From: a virus
Strand: one strand, 5' to 3'
IMG/VR virus record: IMGVR_UViG_3300029288_006769
Span: 1-58,366 of that record
Length of the DNA stretch: 58,366 bases
Position numbers and translations under genes: made by a program. Each line of letters opens with the position of its first letter. The first letter of the stretch is position 1. Below are positions 19,013 to 28,052 of this stretch, one piece after another. The notes beneath the pieces were generated by a model. The model saw only the letters and a list, made by a program, of their open reading frames with translations. It had not been told where the DNA came from and did not search any database.

Positions 19013-19416
19013 TTGCCCGACCTGCAATTGGCATTACTTCGTGTTTTTTCTTCTTCTTTGAAGTTGATGCTCAAGCCATCGTTAGGCATGGTCAAGTTCG
19101 CTTCCGTGCCGCAAGAGCAAACATAACGCATTGAACTCACACGGCCATTACCACCGCCGCCTGTACTCTCCATGTTTTTATGGCATTTGGGACATTTGAT
19201 CTTGATGAAGAGTTTCATGACGTCGAAGATACTATTACAAGTCGAGTGCCAGTCGATGTCGTGTTTGGTCATGTACTGGATTGCTTCGACTCGATAATTA
19301 TCTCGGGTAGCATGTTCGAAGAAGTCACGTTCAATGAGTGCTGTCTGATCAACTTCGAGTTCGCCTAACTGCAGGCGTACACCGGGGCATTTTTTCTGAA
19401 AATCTTTGAGTTTCAT
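19009..19416 (-). CDS. zinc-ribbon protein
   Basis: The motif follows 19416. It carries CPKCHKN and CSCG Cys pairs. It is the first gene of a coupled chain. Confidence 0.5.
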   Translation of the reverse strand: MKLKDFQKKCPGVRLQLGELEVDQTALIERDFFEHATRDNYRVEAIQYMTKHDIDWHSTCNSIFDVMKLFIKIKCPKCHKNMESTGGGGNGRVSSMRYVCSCGTEANLTMPNDGLSINFKEEEKTRSNANCRSGK

Positions 19417-19604
19417 AATGGTTTCTCTCCTTTGTTACTAGCTATATCGTGCGCTGTTGAGTTACAGCCAAACAAAGCTCCCCGCATTTTACGTTTGGCA
19501 TGTCTACCGGAGTTTCCGAAGTATTTGAGTACTTGGGAAACTCCGCATGCCGCCCCAACCAGCAGAATGGCTGTTGTGCAAGGGAGCTTTGTTAAGCTGC
19601 CTTG

Positions 19605-19955
19605 TTATTTATCACTCAGCAACATGTAAGCTGCCATTACTTTATCAAACATTGCACGATTCTTATCATTGGCGTTACTGGCATCATGAGAAAAATTGTC
19701 TTGCCGGTATTTGAGCACCAGTCTAGCCATTGCTTTACGGATTTCAGTAACGGTGGCAGTTTCAGACACGCCCAAAATAATGTGAGGAGATTCTCCATGC
19801 TGGAGGATCTGAAGCGCTTGTTCTCGGCTCATTTTTATGAAATTGAATGCTTGCGCCCATTGCTCTGGGTTGCCAGCTTCACCGTTGTATGTACCGTAGG
19901 GTGAAGAGTCTTTCCAGATATTGCGCTTTGGTTTGCCGGTTCTGGTTCGTGGCAT
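19605..19955 (-). CDS. J-domain-like protein with a degenerate HPD motif
   Basis: ILGVSETATVTEIRKAMARLVLKYRQD...MFDKVMAAYMLLSD matches the DnaJ J-domain pattern, but with RQD in place of HPD. Confidence 0.4.
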   Translation of the reverse strand: MPRTRTGKPKRNIWKDSSPYGTYNGEAGNPEQWAQAFNFIKMSREQALQILQHGESPHIILGVSETATVTEIRKAMARLVLKYRQDNFSHDASNANDKNRAMFDKVMAAYMLLSDK

Positions 19956-19990
19956 GGTTATCTCTCCTTGTTAGTAGCTATATCGTGGGT
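19956..19990 (-). promoter_or_regulatory. phage promoter/SD element (archetype copy)
   Basis: Minus strand reads CCACGATATAGCTACTAACAAGGAGAGATAACC-ATG. Confidence 0.6.
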
Positions 19991-20232
19991 TACTGTTTGA
20001 GTTGCCGGTATTTCCAATTGGAGTAGTTGAACTCCAACTTGAGCGTTTCCGGGAGCAACCTGAACGTTTGTGTTGTCAACATGGGTACATTTGCACTGTC
20101 TTCAAGCCGTTGAGCAACCAGTAGCAAGTCGTGTACCCTTGAAAGTTGCTCAGGGGTGTACTCTTCCGGAGCATCCATGTCCGTACAACCAAGTTGATCG
20201 CCATCTTTTTTGGGTGTAATTTTGTTTGCCAT
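19990..20232 (-). CDS. hypothetical small acidic protein (80 aa)
   Basis: Internal start MANKITPKK sits behind the motif at 20233..20266. Confidence 0.5.
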   Translation of the reverse strand: MANKITPKKDGDQLGCTDMDAPEEYTPEQLSRVHDLLLVAQRLEDSANVPMLTTQTFRLLPETLKLEFNYSNWKYRQLKQ

Positions 20233-20266
20233 ACTCTCTCCTTTGTTAGTAACTATATCGTGAGCT
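20233..20266 (-). promoter_or_regulatory. phage promoter/SD element
   Basis: Minus strand reads CTCACGATATAGTTACTAACAAAGGAGAGAGT-ATG. Confidence 0.6.
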
Positions 20267-20276
20267 ACAGAGAGAG

Positions 20277-20654
20277 TTACCGAGTGTAAGCAGGCAAGTT
20301 TGCAGTCCACTCTTGAGAGTCAGTCAACTTAGACAAGACCGCGAAAAATATGTCATCATAGACTTCCAGGATTTTCTTGCCCAGTTTTGTACGCAGTTTG
20401 CCAGCGTATTTGAACTTGCCCTCGTCCGTGAATACATACACGGTTTCTTTTTCTGTCTTGACGACAAACCAGGAAATGCTGTGGTGTTGTTTTTTGAAGA
20501 ACGATAACGTACCAGTAGTGGTGCCGTCCGAAATACTTAATGCGCCCTCGACTTGCTGTGGATTGGCTTCAAGATTATCTGCTATAGCTCGTGAGGAAAG
20601 TTCTTTATCTACGGCGCTCAAGGCAACTGTTTTGGGAGCCATTACCCTTACCAT
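20277..20654 (-). CDS. hypothetical protein
   Basis: Track ORF with the motif variant ...ATCAATATCGCAG after its start. Confidence 0.5.
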   Translation of the reverse strand: MVRVMAPKTVALSAVDKELSSRAIADNLEANPQQVEGALSISDGTTTGTLSFFKKQHHSISWFVVKTEKETVYVFTDEGKFKYAGKLRTKLGKKILEVYDDIFFAVLSKLTDSQEWTANLPAYTR

Positions 20655-20789
20655 AGAACCTCCTTATTACATGCATCAATATCGCAGAAACTCAGTAAAA
20701 CTGCCACATAGCTACGACCCAGTGTAGCACATACAAATAGAGCCACAGGTAGACCCATGGCCCTCAATTACTTGTTGTGTTAGTCCGGC

Positions 20790-21104
20790 TTACGCTGCAT
20801 GAGCGATGGCGAGTCTGGGTGCCGCAATTGCCGGTGCAGTTTTGATAGCATCTTCGAGTCGTGAGCGCCCGTATTTGCGACCCTTAAGGCCCATGGAATC
20901 AAGATGTTTGCATGAGCCATGACGGATATTGCCCCGGCAACTGCACGTCCAGTAGCCGCCGGCTGAATCGAAGGAAACCCGGTAAAGCGAATTGCTTGAC
21001 TGGGACCGCACGTTGAAGCGGCATTTGTATCGGCTGTCATCCGGGAATGTTTCAACTGCGGCTGCCGGCACCAGGTAATTGGTTGTTGCTATTGCGTTGT
21101 TCAT
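20790..21104 (-). CDS. SWIM zinc-finger protein
   Basis: YRVSFDSAGGYWTCSCRGNIRHGSCKHL matches the CxC...CxH SWIM motif. The motif-supported start is MNNAIATT. Confidence 0.5.
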   Translation of the reverse strand: MNNAIATTNYLVPAAAVETFPDDSRYKCRFNVRSQSSNSLYRVSFDSAGGYWTCSCRGNIRHGSCKHLDSMGLKGRKYGRSRLEDAIKTAPAIAAPRLAIAHAA

Positions 21105-21160
21105 AACTCTCTCCTTGTTATTGGTGTAATAGCTATATCGTGAGTTATGTAACAACTGCC

Positions 21161-21445
21161 TTACAGGCCAAAGGTTTCAAGCGCCTTTATTACCGTTGCA
21201 CAGTCATTGGCGTTGTAGTCAAGTGAGCCTTCAATGTCGGCAGCCAGAATCCGGATGCAATCATCGATCAATTCGATTTCTTCAGGAGTGCTTGCATAGG
21301 CGCTCTTGTTTTCTGAGTAGCCGTGGTAGAATTCCTGCAAGCAATGTTCGTTGGGATCGAGTTCCTGCCAGTCGCTCTGTTCGGCTTGCTTCGAAAAGTG
21401 GTCAATCACGTGGAGTTCGAGTTCGGTACGTTCGTGTGCGTGCAT
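21161..21445 (-). CDS. hypothetical acidic protein (94 aa)
   Basis: Internal start MHAHERTELE sits behind the motif at 21446..21485. Confidence 0.5.
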   Translation of the reverse strand: MHAHERTELELHVIDHFSKQAEQSDWQELDPNEHCLQEFYHGYSENKSAYASTPEEIELIDDCIRILAADIEGSLDYNANDCATVIKALETFGL

Positions 21446-21529
21446 TGTTTTCTCTCCTTTGTTGATAAGAATTATATCGCGAGTAGCAATTGGGTTGCCA
21501 AACAAAACAACAGCCATTGAGCTAAAACA

Positions 21530-21890
21530 AGTTGAGGCCCAGCCAACATTGCTTTTTGGTTGACTGGAGCCCCGATTCGTAGTAATTCGACCGACGCCGG
21601 TTTGTTCAACGGTGGTTTAGAAAACTCTTGCCTTAAAGGAATCCGGTTGGATACCCTTGCGGCACCAGCCGCAGTACGATGGTTCGCGTCGGTTTGGCGT
21701 CGATTCGGCTGCAGGGGACCAGAGCCACCGCGGCGGTTGCCAGCGTCCTGGCAATCATTCGGATAGTCTCGGCCGCGTTCTGGCGATCATCGATAATAAA
21801 AAAACCATTCAACATTTCGCGGTCCCTCTCGCCGATTGTTCAGAAATGGCCCCTCGGGTTTTTTTGCCGGTACCCCGGGGCGTTGTTTTG
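21530..21890. other. GC-rich (~58%) island that is anomalous for the array; candidate structured RNA or atypical 60-aa gene (21633..21815, minus)
   Basis: Composition departs sharply from the flanks. A promoter-like AATATCGAGTG lies at ~21895 and GAGAGGGA sits 8 nt upstream of the ATG at 21815. GC palindromes CCCCGGGG are present, and a T7 run is present at 21859-21865. Confidence 0.3.
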
Positions 21891-21989
21891 TACCTTATTA
21901 ATATCGAGTGTTTAGTTTTTGACTGCCTTAATTTTTTTTAAAAAAACGTTTGACCATTATACGCTCTTGCTGCGCGTCCATATCTCTCC

Positions 21990-22361
21990 TTAAAAGAAAA
22001 ACGCCATTACTTCTTGCGGCGTTGTAGTTGCTGTCATGATTTTTTCGATATCAATAACGTCCTGCGGTTTATATCGTATGTTTTTCTTATCGAGCCAAGC
22101 TCTTATTGCATCCATACGAGATTTTTTCATGGCACCAGAGAATTCTGTCCGATTATATGTGGCAGCAATTTGAGCTTCAAGATTGTTAAGAAAGCCTTTT
22201 TTCTCTGCTTGGCGGTAGTGTCTGCACAACTTGCGGAACCCAAAGCCCTTGCATGAACAACTGTCGTGAGTTACTTTGTATGTGTGCCCTGAGCCAGAGA
22301 CGCACTCGACGTACCCTTGCTTGAGGGTAAATATGTCGGGTCCTTGTGGTTTATAGCCCAT
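21990..22361 (-). CDS. SWIM zinc-finger protein
   Basis: YKVTHDSCSCKGFGFRKLCRHY matches the SWIM motif, with the promoter motif after 22361. Confidence 0.5.
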   Translation of the reverse strand: MGYKPQGPDIFTLKQGYVECVSGSGHTYKVTHDSCSCKGFGFRKLCRHYRQAEKKGFLNNLEAQIAATYNRTEFSGAMKKSRMDAIRAWLDKKNIRYKPQDVIDIEKIMTATTTPQEVMAFFF

Positions 22362-22395
22362 AACATCTCTCCTTGTTAAAAACTATATCGAGAGT
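22362..22395 (-). promoter_or_regulatory. phage promoter/SD element
   Basis: Minus strand reads CTCTCGATATAGTTTTTAACAAGGAGAGATGTT-ATG. Confidence 0.6.
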
Positions 22396-22405
22396 TTTTT
22401 GGGGG

Positions 22406-22579
22406 TTACCAATTACCTTCATTCATTAAAGCAACAAGACGCTTTACTTTTGTAACCGGCAACCCAACTTGTTTTGCCCATTTTGCAGCTGGCACTTTGA
22501 AAACAATATTGCTTTCATTTGCTTTTTTAGTTGCCATGAACAACTTGAAAAGCTTGTATTCTTTTTCTTTTGCAGTCAT
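22406..22579 (-). CDS. hypothetical small basic protein (57 aa)
   Basis: Internal start MTAKEKEY, coupled to the upstream gene through TAATATG. Confidence 0.4.
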   Translation of the reverse strand: MTAKEKEYKLFKLFMATKKANESNIVFKVPAAKWAKQVGLPVTKVKRLVALMNEGNW

Positions 22580-22580
22580 A

Positions 22581-22964
22581 TTACCAGTCCTTATCCGGCA
22601 TTTCATCTTCCTGCCAACTGTATCCGGTTGCTTCTTTACGTGCGAGCATAGCAGAGAGCCGGTCTAGCATATCAGGCTGACGGTGCCTTTTATGTTTCCT
22701 TGGCGCTCGTTGCGCCTTGCTCGTCAGGCCCGTAGTAATGCTTGAAGCGAGCATTGCATCAAAGGATGCAATATGATATTGATTGGCACATGCAGCGGCA
22801 ATTTCATCAATTGCGAAACATTCGAAGTCGGACATACAGGTGATTTGAGCAGCCTTGTCCCATATCAACTCCCTTGACACGTCCTTGTAACCTGTCAAAA
22901 GGATACGCATTATGCCAATTGCTTTAGAAAGCAGAATTGCTTTTTTGTTTGTGTTTGCGTCCAT
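22581..22964 (-). CDS. hypothetical protein
   Basis: 127-aa track ORF with motif after its start. Confidence 0.55.
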   Translation of the reverse strand: MDANTNKKAILLSKAIGIMRILLTGYKDVSRELIWDKAAQITCMSDFECFAIDEIAAACANQYHIASFDAMLASSITTGLTSKAQRAPRKHKRHRQPDMLDRLSAMLARKEATGYSWQEDEMPDKDW

Positions 22965-23075
22965 GAGTTCTCTCCTTGTTAGGAGCTATATCGTGAGTTA
23001 CAATTTTGTTGCCAAACAAAAAGGGCGCCCAGCCTAACTGGTACGCCCCCAAGGAGAGAACGAGAGGAATCTTGT

Positions 23076-24161
23076 TTACGGCTCCGGAAAGAAACCGGCA
23101 CCGGCCAGAATGGAGCTTGCCTTGCGCACAATGCTCTTCTTGTTTTTCGGGTTTGTACTTGCTAAACCCGCAAGTTCTGCAGGTACACTTTCGCCCGGAA
23201 GATTCTGGATAAGGGCCAGTGTAATCTCGATGATTTCGTTCCCGGTGAGTCCGTCCAGTGAAATTTTACCACCGGATTGCGTCGTCTTGAGTTCGGCTAT
23301 CTTGTCAGCGTGAATTCTGGCCATCTCAGCCCGCACAACTTTCTTGTTGGCCTTCTTGGTTCCGGTTTCTTTCTTTTCACTGTTCCGGCGCATGGATTTC
23401 TCGGTGGCGTGGTCCAGCAATGGAATTGCGTTCGGGTCAATTTCCTTGCCAGCGTTGAGTGACACAACCTCGTAGCGGCATACCCGCATTTTCTGGTTGT
23501 TGTAGTCTTCAGGCACCGCAACCACGTCTCGGGGATTTACCTTGACCTCGATCTTGACGTTATGGTTATACTGACTCCAGACGTAGTCGAAAGCAGCAAC
23601 ATGCAAGCCGTTGCTGCAAGTTTCTCTGCGGCTCGGGTTGACTCTGGCACGGTCCATGGTAACCACTGCACCGATATTATTGCAGAAGTTACCAGTATAA
23701 GCGTCTACCAGATCGCCTTTATCGTTGCGGTTCACGCCCTTGTACGCAAGGAAGCAACCGTCGTGTGTGATGACCATCCTGTTGGCTTCCAGGAAAAGAA
23801 ACAAGTGCGCCTTGCTCTCTTCGCTGGGATTTGATTGAATGTTGCGCCAGAAGTTGAGCAGCGGTAAATACGGCAGCTCTTTTCTTGCGAACTCGACGAT
23901 ACGATCGATGATCACATCATGTACTTCGGTACCGTCAATCATGACGGTACCAGCATCGCGGTCAACGCTGAATTCGCCCTGGCCGTAGTTTTCGATTTTC
24001 TTGGCGACATCCAGCTGAGCAAGTATTTCATCGTCACTTGCGCCGGATGTGAGAAGCGGCAAGATTTTGTCATGCTTCTCGGAACCGATTTCCAGGGTGA
24101 TGGGCCGCATCGACCCGATCGATACCACCAGGTATCTACCTGTGGACAACCATTGTGCCAT
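23076..24161 (-). CDS. rIIB: rIIB-like protein
   Basis: CSNGLHVAAFDYV...VKVNPRDVVAVPEDYNNQKMRVCRYEVV and ITHDGCFLAYKGV match the conserved rIIB-family blocks as I recall them. The gene sits downstream of the rIIA-like gene. The motif follows 24161. Confidence 0.45.
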   Translation of the reverse strand: MAQWLSTGRYLVVSIGSMRPITLEIGSEKHDKILPLLTSGASDDEILAQLDVAKKIENYGQGEFSVDRDAGTVMIDGTEVHDVIIDRIVEFARKELPYLPLLNFWRNIQSNPSEESKAHLFLFLEANRMVITHDGCFLAYKGVNRNDKGDLVDAYTGNFCNNIGAVVTMDRARVNPSRRETCSNGLHVAAFDYVWSQYNHNVKIEVKVNPRDVVAVPEDYNNQKMRVCRYEVVSLNAGKEIDPNAIPLLDHATEKSMRRNSEKKETGTKKANKKVVRAEMARIHADKIAELKTTQSGGKISLDGLTGNEIIEITLALIQNLPGESVPAELAGLASTNPKNKKSIVRKASSILAGAGFFPEP

Positions 24162-24233
24162 ATAAACTCTCCTTGTTAATGTTCCTTAGCTATATCGCTT
24201 CTTTTTTCTCGAGTGCCAACATTTGCCTGAACT

Positions 24234-24404
24234 TCACTTTGCACTGGAAGATCCTATCATCCTTTGCATCTGCAATACGGTGATCATCTTGTATTTACCG
24301 TTTATAAAACCTCGATATTTTTGATATGCTTCATTCCAGTGCATTGGACCTTTAGATGTGGCATAAGCTCTCTTCATATTTTTAGGTGGACCTTTATCGG
24401 GCAT
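24234..24404 (-). CDS. hypothetical small protein (56 aa)
   Basis: Internal start MPDKGPPKN with SD GGAGGAACAAATG. It lies directly after a terminator. Confidence 0.35.
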   Translation of the reverse strand: MPDKGPPKNMKRAYATSKGPMHWNEAYQKYRGFINGKYKMITVLQMQRMIGSSSAK

Positions 24405-24418
24405 TTGTTCCTCCAGTG

Positions 24419-24458
24419 TAAAAAAAAGGCCCTCCTTGCGACTCGCTGGTTGAGGGCT
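24419..24458 (-). terminator. intrinsic terminator on the minus strand
   Basis: Minus strand reads AGCCCTC...GAGGGCC followed by TTTTTTTT. Confidence 0.5.
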
Positions 24459-24606
24459 ACCCCTGGATGTCCAATGGGCTTCGTAGGTATCCATTAGATG
24501 AGTCTACCGGAGCTCATACTTTGCGTGTTTTTACCTTGCGGTAATCATTCCGGTCTAGTATGCTCCGGTATAGCTTTATATCACACGCTCACGTGCAAAT
24601 TGCCAT

Positions 24607-24906
24607 TTATTCTTCAGGGTCCATGAGTCTTGAATAGACCATACATTCGAATTCAACCCTTGCATCGACTTCTTTGAGGATTTCCTGTACTGTGCTCTGA
24701 TCTGTGTAGCCAAAGATTCTGACTTTTTTTCGCCATACTCCGTTGGCATCTTCTTCAAAGGTGACCATAACCTTATGACCCAGAACATCCACTACGTAAT
24801 TATGATTGGCAGTCAGTCCTGCAAATGACAGTTCTGAAAGCGTCGAATTTGCTTCAAAAGGATACTGCCTTGCATAGGACGTAACAGTTGCTATTGATTT
24901 ATCCAT
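24607..24906 (-). CDS. hypothetical protein
   Basis: 99-aa track ORF with motif after 24906. It lies between the rIIA-like and rIIB-like genes. Confidence 0.5.
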   Translation of the reverse strand: MDKSIATVTSYARQYPFEANSTLSELSFAGLTANHNYVVDVLGHKVMVTFEEDANGVWRKKVRIFGYTDQSTVQEILKEVDARVEFECMVYSRLMDPEE

Positions 24907-25047
24907 GTTATCCCTCCTGTACTAACTATATCGCGCTTTAAAAGCACTACTGCCCGCAGCCCGTTTAGCATAAATACAAGTGGGGTAATGGTTTCCTATT
25001 ACCCCTACTTTCAATATGTGCTCGTGCCTATTCGCGCTGATTGATAA

Positions 25048-27225
25048 TTATACCAGTTTACCTGCCTGTATTAAGGCATTTTCACGTTCCGTTATGTATT
25101 CTTGTATTGTGCTTGAGTTGCAATCAAGCTCATACCGGCTCAAGTAATTGAGCATAGGGAACGACTTGTACATGGCATCAATCTGTGTTTTCAAGTTGCT
25201 CAACTGGCTTGTTGCCGCATATTTTTTCACCAGCTCATCAGGCACCGTTATTTCAAGCTTTATTGACAAACTCTTTATAAGAGTCATCAAGTCACAAAAG
25301 GTTTTGCTTGCATATTTGTATCTCTGCAACCAGGTTTTGTCGCCCACAATTGTCATTATACTGCTTGCATCGATCAATTGTGTAATTATCGCTGGTGTAA
25401 GTAACTTGCGTTTCTCATCAAGACTCTCAACCAGACCAACCAGCCTTGAACCCCGGTTTTTATTTGCATATATTACATTGAATGCAGGTACCAGTTTCGC
25501 TTTCATTGCAATACGGAGCATCCGATACTCATCATCTTGGTATGAAATGTTCGGTATCTGGAGTATATCATCCACAAGCACCAGAGCATAGTTAGCCGAC
25601 GTAAAAGGCGAACCGCTCTCGCTTGTTATTTGATTTCCATCAACCTTGATATATTGATAAGTGCCCGGTTTGCTGGATGCACCCCGTCTTGCATAGTGGA
25701 TATCCTGGTCAAAATATTGTATCCAGACTTTGAGCGTATCAGGTTGACGGACACTGGGTATTTTCACCGTACCAGCATTAGTTTTGGTCACTTTCATCTT
25801 TTCAACTTGGCTATATAAGGAATATGTTATGCCCAGTTTTGCAAGCGTTTTAATATCCTTGAGATACCGGCGGTAACCCTTGTTGATTGTCCTGCGGTCT
25901 TCTTTATTGAGTTCCCAATACCGCAAGTACTTGGGTTCCGTAGGCCGTATGGCTATATAATCGTTCCCGCCAGCAAAGATCGTGGCATCCTTTAAAGGTA
26001 TATAGGACGGTGTTGCATCGAACAAGAAGACTCTGTCTTTGATAAGTGAAGTACTGATTTCAGTTGTCTTTGTTCTGGTCACTTTCCCGTGGTCATTTGA
26101 CACATCAAAAAACTGGAGCGTCTGGAAATGACTGTCAAGCCGCAGATTCAATGACCGGTTGTCAAAGTTCTTCACCTCTTTCCAGTACGGGTCACTACCT
26201 GATAAATGTGCATCAAGGTACTTGTAAAGCGTCCCTTGTTTTGTGCTCTGATAAAACAAAGCAGCCTGCAACCAGGTAGTGCATTTCTTGAACTCAGTTT
26301 GATAGACAGACTTGACTTCATTTATAAAAGCCACAAAAGCAAGATTGATTGCGCTCTTTGTTTTCTCGTCGTACTGGACATGTTCCCGGTTAGCACTTAT
26401 TGTAAGCACACCAACCGGAAACTTGAATATGACTTGGTGGTCATAAATGGTGTGTCCTGCCCAGTTGATTTGTGAACTTGAAATCGGGTAGAAGATACCG
26501 TCAAGCAACAACCCATATCCCTGACCCAGGAAATCCTGCTTGACTATCATGAATTGGTCGTTGTCAAGCACCGTTTCGATTTTGAGGCGTTCAAGTTTGA
26601 GCCCGAAGTTTTTGTATACCGGGCGCATCGGCCAGAAGATAGTTGCTTTGTAGCATTCCTGCTCAAAGTTAGTACGGTCGCCTGATTTGATCGGGACCAG
26701 TATCGTTGTACCGTTAGCTTCTTGCGTTTCAGCCGTATCAATGCAGTATATTTTGCCCTTGCGGCCCTGTTCGATTGCAGCCACATAAGTATACTTGATA
26801 CCAGCAACGATTGTTTCGATCGTAAAATTGTCTGTGTAACTGAAAGGCGTTTTGGCGCCCAAGCCAAAGCCACCAGTGAAAGTGTCGCTCTCTCTCTTGG
26901 TTGAACTCCCGTAGTTGACAAACACATCAGCCATGCGTTCAGGAGATATACCAGTACCGAAATCCTTAAAGTATATCACCATGTCGCTCATGCTCAAGTG
27001 GCTGTTGGCAATACCAATTTCGATCGGTACGTTGTTTTCAGCTTCACGGTTGGCGTCTCTGGAATTGCTGCTCACTTCCCTGCAAATTGCACCAATTGGG
27101 TTACTGTACAACTTGCTGCGCAGTATTTCGAGTATCAAGCCCATATCAGCTTCTTTGATACCGAAACTGAGCTCTTGGAATGCAGCGCTCGTTGTTACGG
27201 TTGTCGGTTTGCCTGCTAACTTCAT
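25048..27225 (-). CDS. rIIA: rIIA-like protein with an N-terminal GHKL (Bergerat-fold) ATPase domain
   Basis: N-box EVSSNSRDA, G1 box FKDFGTGIS and G2 box TGGFGLGAKTPFSY identify the GHKL domain. The length (725 aa) and position upstream of the rIIB-like gene fit rIIA. The motif follows 27225. Confidence 0.55.
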   Translation of the reverse strand: MKLAGKPTTVTTSAAFQELSFGIKEADMGLILEILRSKLYSNPIGAICREVSSNSRDANREAENNVPIEIGIANSHLSMSDMVIYFKDFGTGISPERMADVFVNYGSSTKRESDTFTGGFGLGAKTPFSYTDNFTIETIVAGIKYTYVAAIEQGRKGKIYCIDTAETQEANGTTILVPIKSGDRTNFEQECYKATIFWPMRPVYKNFGLKLERLKIETVLDNDQFMIVKQDFLGQGYGLLLDGIFYPISSSQINWAGHTIYDHQVIFKFPVGVLTISANREHVQYDEKTKSAINLAFVAFINEVKSVYQTEFKKCTTWLQAALFYQSTKQGTLYKYLDAHLSGSDPYWKEVKNFDNRSLNLRLDSHFQTLQFFDVSNDHGKVTRTKTTEISTSLIKDRVFLFDATPSYIPLKDATIFAGGNDYIAIRPTEPKYLRYWELNKEDRRTINKGYRRYLKDIKTLAKLGITYSLYSQVEKMKVTKTNAGTVKIPSVRQPDTLKVWIQYFDQDIHYARRGASSKPGTYQYIKVDGNQITSESGSPFTSANYALVLVDDILQIPNISYQDDEYRMLRIAMKAKLVPAFNVIYANKNRGSRLVGLVESLDEKRKLLTPAIITQLIDASSIMTIVGDKTWLQRYKYASKTFCDLMTLIKSLSIKLEITVPDELVKKYAATSQLSNLKTQIDAMYKSFPMLNYLSRYELDCNSSTIQEYITERENALIQAGKLV

Positions 27226-27274
27226 TGCTCTCTCCTTGTTAGTGTTTTTCCTTACACTAACTATATCGTGAGTT
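27226..27274 (-). promoter_or_regulatory. phage promoter/SD element upstream of the rIIA-like gene
   Basis: Minus strand reads CTCACGATATAGTTAGTGTAAGGAAAAACACTAACAAGGAGAGAGCA-ATG. Confidence 0.6.
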
Positions 27275-27292
27275 CTCGCTGTTTAGCCAATG

Positions 27293-27499
27293 TTAGGGTC
27301 GTGGGATTTGCTGGGTTTCCATCATTGTATCAACTGCACTTGACACCCTTACTTCTAATTCAAGTGCGTCCAAGTCAACCACGTTGTCTCCCTCGTCAAA
27401 ACTCAACGGGCCTTTCGGTATTTTACCGGCTGCCTGTGCTTCTTCTACTAAGCACATAAAAATTTGCTTGTTTGCAAAATCCTCAGCACGTACAATCAT
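27293..27499 (-). CDS. hypothetical small acidic protein
   Basis: Track ORF with motif after 27499. Confidence 0.5.
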   Translation of the reverse strand: MIVRAEDFANKQIFMCLVEEAQAAGKIPKGPLSFDEGDNVVDLDALELEVRVSSAVDTMMETQQIPRP

Positions 27500-27620
27500 A
27501 AAATAATCCTCCTGTTACGTGCTATATCGCGTTTCCTTTTCATGTTTGCCAACTATTTATATAACAAAAAAGCCGCTTGGCACCCGCCAATACGGCTTCA
27601 ACAAGGAGAGAAACTTTTAT

Positions 27621-27953
27621 TTACGTAGTTACTGGCTCTTCAAACTTGGGCTTCTCTTTTGCCATTTTAAACATGCCAAACAACATGTGCAAAGGGCTGG
27701 TAAGCAACCAGAGCACTAACCACACAATCAAGTATATAACCATAGTACCTATAAAGGTAAACATGGTTTCAAACCCTGGTTCTGTTGGTGCTCCATATTT
27801 CAAAACTGCACTTGCAAATACCGGGCAACCAACCAGCACGGCAATTATCCCCACCCATTCCAATATGGGTACAACATGACAGAGCAACTTCCAAAAGAAA
27901 GTTACTATGTATATAATCGGAATCGTGATCAGGGCCATAACGACTACAGCCAT
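27621..27953 (-). CDS. integral membrane protein (3-4 TM)
   Basis: Hydrophobic segments VVMALITIPIIYIVTFFW, IIAVLVGCPVFASAV and IYLIVWLVLWLL. The motif follows 27953. Confidence 0.5.
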   Translation of the reverse strand: MAVVVMALITIPIIYIVTFFWKLLCHVVPILEWVGIIAVLVGCPVFASAVLKYGAPTEPGFETMFTFIGTMVIYLIVWLVLWLLTSPLHMLFGMFKMAKEKPKFEEPVTT

Positions 27954-28052
27954 ATATCACCTCCTGTTACTTTCTATATCGTGTATTGTTTAAAAACAGC
28001 CAAGGGCGCCCAACCAATATGCGCCCCAGCTATAAAAGGTTTGCTACTTGCT

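Noticed and set aside
21847-21870. Plus-strand rho-independent terminator at GGCCCCTCGGG plus T7
   Set aside because: The stem is only 2-3 bp (CCCTCGGG is not self-complementary), so only the T-run is real. I did not call a terminator.
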